Below, in pieces: positions 58,776-64,000 of a stretch of DNA of 64,000 nucleotides. The stretch's first letter is position 1; every line of letters begins with the position of its first letter. A program made the translations under genes and the position numbers. The notes beneath the pieces are model-generated. The model was not told the origin of the DNA. It saw only the letters and a list, made by a program, of their open reading frames with translations, and made no database searches. Source of the DNA: an uncultured Chloroflexia bacterium (lineage in GTDB: Bacteria; Chloroflexota; Dehalococcoidia; UBA2979); contig CAVSIV010000001.1 of assembly GCA_963728205.1 (NCBI GenBank), forward strand, positions 480,001-544,000, given 5' to 3'.

Positions 58776-59175
58776 GGTGCGCCTCCTATGTGTGGCCCGC
58801 AGGAGTCACCATAGTCTTCGTCGACCGCGCCATGACCTGCCGTCCGCCCCGCCAGTCCATGACGTTGGTCCCGGCGTCCCGCTTCGTTCGTCTCCGCCGC
58901 GAGTGCGCACTGCTCGTCTCGCCCTCGGCGCACGACCGGCCTGGCTCCGTCCAGCCCCCCGCTTCCAGGCTTCTTCCGTCGACGTCGGTCGGCGCACGCC
59001 CCCGTTGCGAGCCGGATGTTCCCTGACGATGACGCGCGACATCGTTGCCCTGACGGTCCCGATCAGGGGCGGGTCGACCGGCTCGCCGCTCGTCGTTGAC
59101 GGCCTGCGCCGGCGCGCAGTAGCGTCCGCCGAGGGCCGGCGTTCCGGGCATTCTTGACCCCGCGAGGACGCCGCT

Positions 59176-60255
59176 GTGGATTCCGCCTCCCAGGCCGCGC
59201 TGACCGGTCTCTCGATCACGCTGGCATCCCTGCTCCCGCCGCCGGCGAGCCCCGCCTTCACGCCCGCGGTGAGCCTCGTGCGCGTCGACGTGCGGCCGAC
59301 CGGCGTGGGCGGATTCATCGCCTTCGCGCATGACCCGGAGGGCGAGGTCCTCGGGCGCCGGGTCGACGCGGACGCCGTGGTGACCACGCGAGCGCACACG
59401 CTCGAAGACCTCGACACCACCGTCCAGAACACCGTTGCCGCCGTGCTTGCCGCCGACCGGTCGACGCTGCGTGCGCAGGGCGTGCTCACGATCGCGCTGA
59501 CGGAGCTCGGCCCCAATCCGGCCGGACGGACCAACGGCGAGTTCGAGCGCAACCTCACCTTCCACGTGCTCTACGAGTTCCTCCAGCAGCCGACGGCCCC
59601 GTCGGGCGTGATCGACCGCATCCCGCTCGACATCGAGGTCGGGCGCGGCCAATCGAAGACGCTCATCGACACGACGTTCGGCGCCGGCTCGCTGGACCTG
59701 TTCGAGGTCGTCGACGACGCCGCCGCGACGACGTCGGCCCCCTCGGCCTGGGCCGTCAACGCGACCGAGGAGCGCATCGAGCAGACCTCGCGGATCCGCG
59801 GGGGCGGGACGACGGCGACCCCGAACAAGCCCGGCACCGCGCTGGTCCTCCGCTCGACGCCGGTGCTGCCGCCCGTGCGCGACTTCTCGCTGCGCGCGGA
59901 GGTCGCCGCCGGAGACATCGGCGGGATCGGCCTGGTCTTCCGCTGGCAGAACGCCGACAATTTCTACTTTTTTCTCATGGAGAGTCGGCGGGATTTCCGC
60001 ATGCTCGGGAAGAAGGTGGGGGGTGCGTTTGCGGCGTGGGACGCGCCGGCGGTCGACGCGACGCAGGGGTTCGCGGTCGACCAGGCGATCCAGGTGCGGG
60101 TCTCGATGGAGGGCGATGCCGCCCAGGCCTATCTCGACGGGCAGCGCGTGCTGGACGGGCGGGACGCCTCGCTCCCCGGCGCGGGTCGCGTGGGGTTCCT
60201 GAGCCGGGACTGCGCGGCCGCGTTCTTCGATCGCATCAACCTGAGCCAGTGGTAG
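59176..60255 (+). CDS. Putative tail terminator/cap protein fused to a ConA/DUF1080-like beta-sandwich
   Basis: Position directly before the sheath; C-terminal DFSLRAEV..GGIGLVFRWQNADNFYFF...GRVGF is DUF1080/LamG-like; terminator call from position and fold pattern only. Confidence 0.55.
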   Translation: MDSASQAALTGLSITLASLLPPPASPAFTPAVSLVRVDVRPTGVGGFIAFAHDPEGEVLGRRVDADAVVTTRAHTLEDLDTTVQNTVAAVLAADRSTLRAQGVLTIALTELGPNPAGRTNGEFERNLTFHVLYEFLQQPTAPSGVIDRIPLDIEVGRGQSKTLIDTTFGAGSLDLFEVVDDAAATTSAPSAWAVNATEERIEQTSRIRGGGTTATPNKPGTALVLRSTPVLPPVRDFSLRAEVAAGDIGGIGLVFRWQNADNFYFFLMESRRDFRMLGKKVGGAFAAWDAPAVDATQGFAVDQAIQVRVSMEGDAAQAYLDGQRVLDGRDASLPGAGRVGFLSRDCAAAFFDRINLSQW

Positions 60256-60286
60256 CGGCCCGCGGCGCGGGCGAAGGGGAGCCAGG

Positions 60287-61375
60287 ATGGCAGAGACATT
60301 CACGACCGCGGAGCTAGTGATCCCCGGGACGTACCTCCGCGTACGCGCCGAGGGTCTGATCGGCGTCGGCGGCATCTCCACCGGCAACGTGGGCATCGTC
60401 GGGACGGCCGCGCAGGCGATCGACGAGACGCACAACGTGAACGACTACGAGACGATGCGCACGGTCTTCGGTGCGTACGACGACTACGCCTCCGGCGCCG
60501 GCACGCTGAACCTGACGCGCGCGGCCGAGGTGCTCTTCCGCAACGGCGCCCGCAACGTCTACGCGCGCGGCCTGGCCGCCGGTGCCAACCAGTCGGCGTT
60601 CAGCGACGCCTTCGCGGAAGTCGTGAAGGAAAACGTCAACATCGTGATCGCGCCCGAGCTGTCGACGGATGATGCGCTCGCGGTGCTGGGGCCCGTGCTC
60701 GAGACGGCCGAGAACAGCAACCAGGACCTGATCGCGGTTGTCGGTTCGGACGCGACGGCGGTCACCGACATCGTCGCGCAGGTGCCGACGAACGACCGGA
60801 TCATCTTCACGGCGCCGGGGCTGCAGGCCTTCGACTCCGCGGCCGCGGGCGGCGCCGGGGCAAACGTCGAGCTCGACGGCCGCTACGGCGCGGCGGCGAT
60901 CGCCGGCCTCGTCAGCACGCTGACCCCGGAGTCCAGCCCCACGAACAAGGTGCTGCCCGGCGTCACGCGCCTCTCGCAGCGCTTCTCCTACGGCGAGCTG
61001 CGGCAGCTCGTGCAGAACCGCGTGCTCGCCATCGAGGAGCGGCGCGGCGTCCGCGTGGTGCGCGGGCTCACCAGCGACGACGGCGCGTTCCAGCAGGTGA
61101 CGACGCGCCGCATCACGGACTTCGCGAAGGCCGGCATCCGGCAGGCCGGCAATGCGTTCATCGGCAAGCTCAACAACCAGCGCGTGCGCAAGGCGCTGCA
61201 GGGCGCGATCGACGGATTCCTCACGACGATGGTCGTGGACGAGCAGCTGGTCGGCTACAGCCTGTCGGTGACGGCGACGCGGCGCGACGAGATCGAGGGC
61301 CGGGCCATCGTCAACGTCGTGATCCAGCCCACGTTCAGCATCGACTTCGTCGCGGTCACCCTGGTGCTGGAGTAG
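60287..61375 (+). CDS. Contractile phage tail sheath protein (short, 362 aa)
   Basis: N-terminal IPGTYLR..GIVGTA; C-terminal VRVVRGLT, VTTRRITD, FIGKLNN...IDGFL, IQPTFSIDFV.VTL. Confidence 0.88.
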   Translation: MAETFTTAELVIPGTYLRVRAEGLIGVGGISTGNVGIVGTAAQAIDETHNVNDYETMRTVFGAYDDYASGAGTLNLTRAAEVLFRNGARNVYARGLAAGANQSAFSDAFAEVVKENVNIVIAPELSTDDALAVLGPVLETAENSNQDLIAVVGSDATAVTDIVAQVPTNDRIIFTAPGLQAFDSAAAGGAGANVELDGRYGAAAIAGLVSTLTPESSPTNKVLPGVTRLSQRFSYGELRQLVQNRVLAIEERRGVRVVRGLTSDDGAFQQVTTRRITDFAKAGIRQAGNAFIGKLNNQRVRKALQGAIDGFLTTMVVDEQLVGYSLSVTATRRDEIEGRAIVNVVIQPTFSIDFVAVTLVLE

Positions 61376-61384
61376 GAGCGAGAG

Positions 61385-61891
61385 ATGGCAAACATGAACG
61401 TCTTCACCGGCGCCGACGGCTCGATCACGCTGTCGGCGGGACAGGGCACCGAGGGCGAGCGCGCCCAGGACGTGCTGACGGCGTACGACCTGATCGCGGT
61501 GGGGCGCGCGCAGAGCGTGCACGTCGAGGTGCACTCCGAGGTCCGCGCGTTCAACGAGATCGGTCAGCGCTACGCCACGCAGCTGCGGGCGGGCAACGTG
61601 ACCGTCTCCGGGACGATCGGTCGCGCGTACATCAACGGCGCGCTGCTCAAGCTGCTGCTCGGCGAGGCGGCCGACAGCCGGCCGGCCGCGAGCTGGGCGC
61701 AGCCGTCGTTCAACATCACCCTGCTCGCGCAGGACGCCGCGAACCCGGGGATCACGAGCACCGTGACGATCCACGACGTGAAGATCACGGACTGGGTTTA
61801 CGACATGCCCGAGGACGCCTTCGTGCTGGAGGACCTGCACTTCCAGGCGCTCTACCTGACGGTCGCCGACGAGGCGTCGGCGCCGGCTTGA
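61385..61891 (+). CDS. Tail tube protein
   Basis: 168 aa directly after the sheath; beta-rich, GRAQSV.V, EIGQR...GNVTVSGTI, FNITL..D...VTIHDVKI...EDLHFQA. Confidence 0.75.
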   Translation: MANMNVFTGADGSITLSAGQGTEGERAQDVLTAYDLIAVGRAQSVHVEVHSEVRAFNEIGQRYATQLRAGNVTVSGTIGRAYINGALLKLLLGEAADSRPAASWAQPSFNITLLAQDAANPGITSTVTIHDVKITDWVYDMPEDAFVLEDLHFQALYLTVADEASAPA

Positions 61892-61919
61892 TCGACCCCG
61901 GTCGCGGGGAGGGACGCGC

Positions 61920-62402
61920 ATGCTTTCGGCCGACCAGATCCTCGCTGGCAGCGCGCTGACGTTCGCGGTGGAGGTGCCCGAGCGGCTCCTCGCGCTCGAC
62001 GGCGCGCTCCCGCCGGAGGGCGAGGCGCGGAGCGTGCGCCTGCGCCCGCTGAGCGTCGGCGACCTCCAGCTCGTGATGCGGGCCGCGGAGGAGAGCGACT
62101 CGCTGCTCGCGACGCTGATGGTGCAGCGCGCACTCGTCGAACCCGCGCTCAGCGTCGCCCAGGTGGCGACGCTCCCGGTCGGGCTCGCGCAGTTCCTGCT
62201 CGCGCGCGTGAACGAGCTGAGCGGGATCACCGCCGCCGCGGACGAGCTGGCGGCGGCGGTCGAGGACCCGCTCGTGCGGGCGGCCTATGCCCTGTCGCGC
62301 GAGTTCGGCTGGACGCCGCAGCAGATCAACGAGCTCACGCTGGGGCAGATCCTGATCCACCTCCGGCTCATCGGCGAGCACGCGGGCGATGACGGCGCGT
62401 GA
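61920..62402 (+). CDS. Tail assembly chaperone with GpE-like C-terminus
   Basis: VRLRPLSVGDL, ALVEP.LS, VNELSG; C-terminal LSREFGWTPQQINELT. Confidence 0.7.
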   Translation: MLSADQILAGSALTFAVEVPERLLALDGALPPEGEARSVRLRPLSVGDLQLVMRAAEESDSLLATLMVQRALVEPALSVAQVATLPVGLAQFLLARVNELSGITAAADELAAAVEDPLVRAAYALSREFGWTPQQINELTLGQILIHLRLIGEHAGDDGA

Positions 62403-63588
62403 CCCCGTCCGCGACGCCGGGGAGCCGGCGGTGCTTCGCGCACGCGTGCTGCTCGCCGCGCTGCGCTCCCCCGCGCCCAGGGCGCGCGCCGCGCTTCGCG
62501 CCGTCGACGACCTGCGTGCGCTGAGCGAGCCCGGCCCGGCGTCGACGCTCGGCGGCTTCGCGCCGTTCGCGTCGCTTGCGGGCGTGGCCGAGGCGTCCGT
62601 CGGGACGCCGCCCGGCATGCCCCCCGGCGCCCCCGCGCCCGAGCGCGCGCCCCGCGCGCGCTCGGCGTCGGCGGCCACGTCGCTGCCCCCGCGCGCGTCG
62701 ACGTTCTCGCCGCCCCCCGGGTTCCGGGTGCCGGGCGTGCCGGGCGGCGCCGAGGTCTCCCGGCCGGGTGCTCCGACGGCGGCCAGCGCCGCCGCCTCGG
62801 CTCCGCGCTCCACGGAAGCCGGCGCAGCTGCGGGCTCGTCGCGTGCCGCCGGCACACCGCCGCGTCCGGCCCCGGTCGCGTCGCGCGCCGCACCGGGAGC
62901 GGCCCCCCGGCCAACGACGCCCACCCCGGCCGCGTCCCGTCCCGACGCGCGCGGCGCCCCCGCGCCCATGGGACCGCCGTCGGCGGCGGCGTCGCACGCG
63001 TCCGCGCGGCTGGCCCGCGACGACGGCGCCGCACGGCCGTTCGCGGCGACCTTCGCGCCGCCGGGCTCGCCGGCACCCGCAGCCGGCCGCCCGTCACCCG
63101 CACCATCGCCGCGCCCGGACGCGCTCCCGCCGCAGATGCGCGCACTGCTCGCGGAGCTCGTCGACGCCGCCCTGCGCGGCTCCGCCGGCGCCGGCGCGCG
63201 GCCGCGCGCCGGGAACGGGCGCGCGCGAGCGCGCGCGCCGTTCGGCGCTGCACCCGAGTCCGGGCCGGCATCGCCCGCGCCGGCGGCGCGCGCGCCGGGC
63301 GATGCCGCCGCGGCCACCCGGCGCGGCGGCCGCTCCTTCGCGCCGGCGCACGCCGCTCCTGCCACGGCGCTCGGCGCCGATGCCGAGAACCCGGCCGGCA
63401 CCCGCCCCGGCGCCGGCCGCGAGCGTCAGTCCCCGCTCGCGCCGTCAGCTCCCGCAGCGACGGCCAACGACTCGGCTGCGATCAACCGCGCGATCGCGGC
63501 GGGCCAGTCCGACCCGCGGGCCCTCGCCGCGCTCGTCAACGACGCGCTGATCGAGCAGGCACGCCGGCACGGGGTGGATCTCTCGTGA
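62389..63588 (+). CDS. Pro/Ala/Arg-rich low-complexity protein at the tape-measure position
   Basis: Overlaps both neighbouring genes; helical ends including C-terminal LAALVNDALIEQARRHGVDLS. Confidence 0.6.
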   Translation: MTARDPVRDAGEPAVLRARVLLAALRSPAPRARAALRAVDDLRALSEPGPASTLGGFAPFASLAGVAEASVGTPPGMPPGAPAPERAPRARSASAATSLPPRASTFSPPPGFRVPGVPGGAEVSRPGAPTAASAAASAPRSTEAGAAAGSSRAAGTPPRPAPVASRAAPGAAPRPTTPTPAASRPDARGAPAPMGPPSAAASHASARLARDDGAARPFAATFAPPGSPAPAAGRPSPAPSPRPDALPPQMRALLAELVDAALRGSAGAGARPRAGNGRARARAPFGAAPESGPASPAPAARAPGDAAAATRRGGRSFAPAHAAPATALGADAENPAGTRPGAGRERQSPLAPSAPAATANDSAAINRAIAAGQSDPRALAALVNDALIEQARRHGVDLS

Positions 63589-64000
63589 ACGTGCGACCGG
63601 TGCTGGGCGACTGGGAGATCCCCCGCGTCGATCTCGATCGAGGCGGACGAGCGACGCCGCCTCGTCGAGCTCGCCGTGCCGGGGCGCGTGGGGAGCCTCT
63701 ACCAGGATCTCAGCAGCGAGCCGACGCGCATCGTCATCCGCGGCAGCATCTTCGGGGACGAGGACCGCGACGACTTCCTCCAGCAGGTGCGCGGGAAGTT
63801 CCAGGACGGCGCGCCGGTCACCTTCGTTGCCGACATCGTGACGGCGACGCAGGTCCAGTACGTCGTGATCGAGACGCTTGAGTTCTGGGAGAGCGGCGGG
63901 CGCCCCGACGAGCTCGCGTACCACATCGAGCTGCGCGAGAGCCCGCCGCCGCCGCCGCCGCCCGATCCGCTCGGCGGGCTCGACGCCGGCCTCCTCGACC
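63585..64000 (+). CDS. Mu gp43-like DNA-circularisation N-terminal domain (tube initiator) protein; +1 frameshift at ~63630; 3' truncated
   Basis: MNVRPVLGDWEIPRV | SIEADERRRLVELAVPGRVGSLYQDLSSEPTRIVIRGSIFG...LAYHIELRE then poly-Pro. Confidence 0.65.

Noticed and set aside
63620-63640. Programmed ribosomal frameshift in the tube-initiator gene
   Set aside because: No slippery heptamer; it resembles the other GATC-associated indels.
59176-64000. Intact prophage
   Set aside because: No integrase, att site, replication, packaging or head genes in the window; cannot be fully excluded beyond the edge.

Overview
A very GC-rich bacterial chromosomal segment. The gene content (sucCD, serS, lysS-greA, rsmD-coaD, leuS, many CaiB/BaiF CoA-transferases and enoyl-CoA hydratases, GAAC-N4-GTTC SOS boxes, many apparently leaderless genes) suggests Chloroflexota/Dehalococcoidia; this is inferred, not searched. 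About 58 kb is housekeeping plus acyl-CoA catabolism and transport. The last ~4.8 kb (59176-64000, truncated by the window edge) begins a contractile phage-tail-like operon with no head genes upstream: candidate tail terminator fused to a lectin-like domain, short sheath, tube, chaperone, low-complexity tape-measure-position protein and Mu gp43-like tube initiator. This is the best candidate for an undescribed contractile injection system or tailocin. Features absent from the ORF track include a 55-aa membrane microprotein behind a promoter with two LexA-type boxes, a Leu-rich leader peptide before leuS, a terminator in the greA leader and three more small proteins. Two REP/REPIN-like palindrome families form doublets and tandem arrays and also enter coding sequence. 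An M50-PDZ-Lon protease fusion and several apparent pseudoenzymes are present. Four frameshifts lie at GATC-containing sites and may be sequencing artefacts. No rRNA, tRNA, CRISPR array, transposase or integrase was seen. Product calls come from reading motifs by eye.
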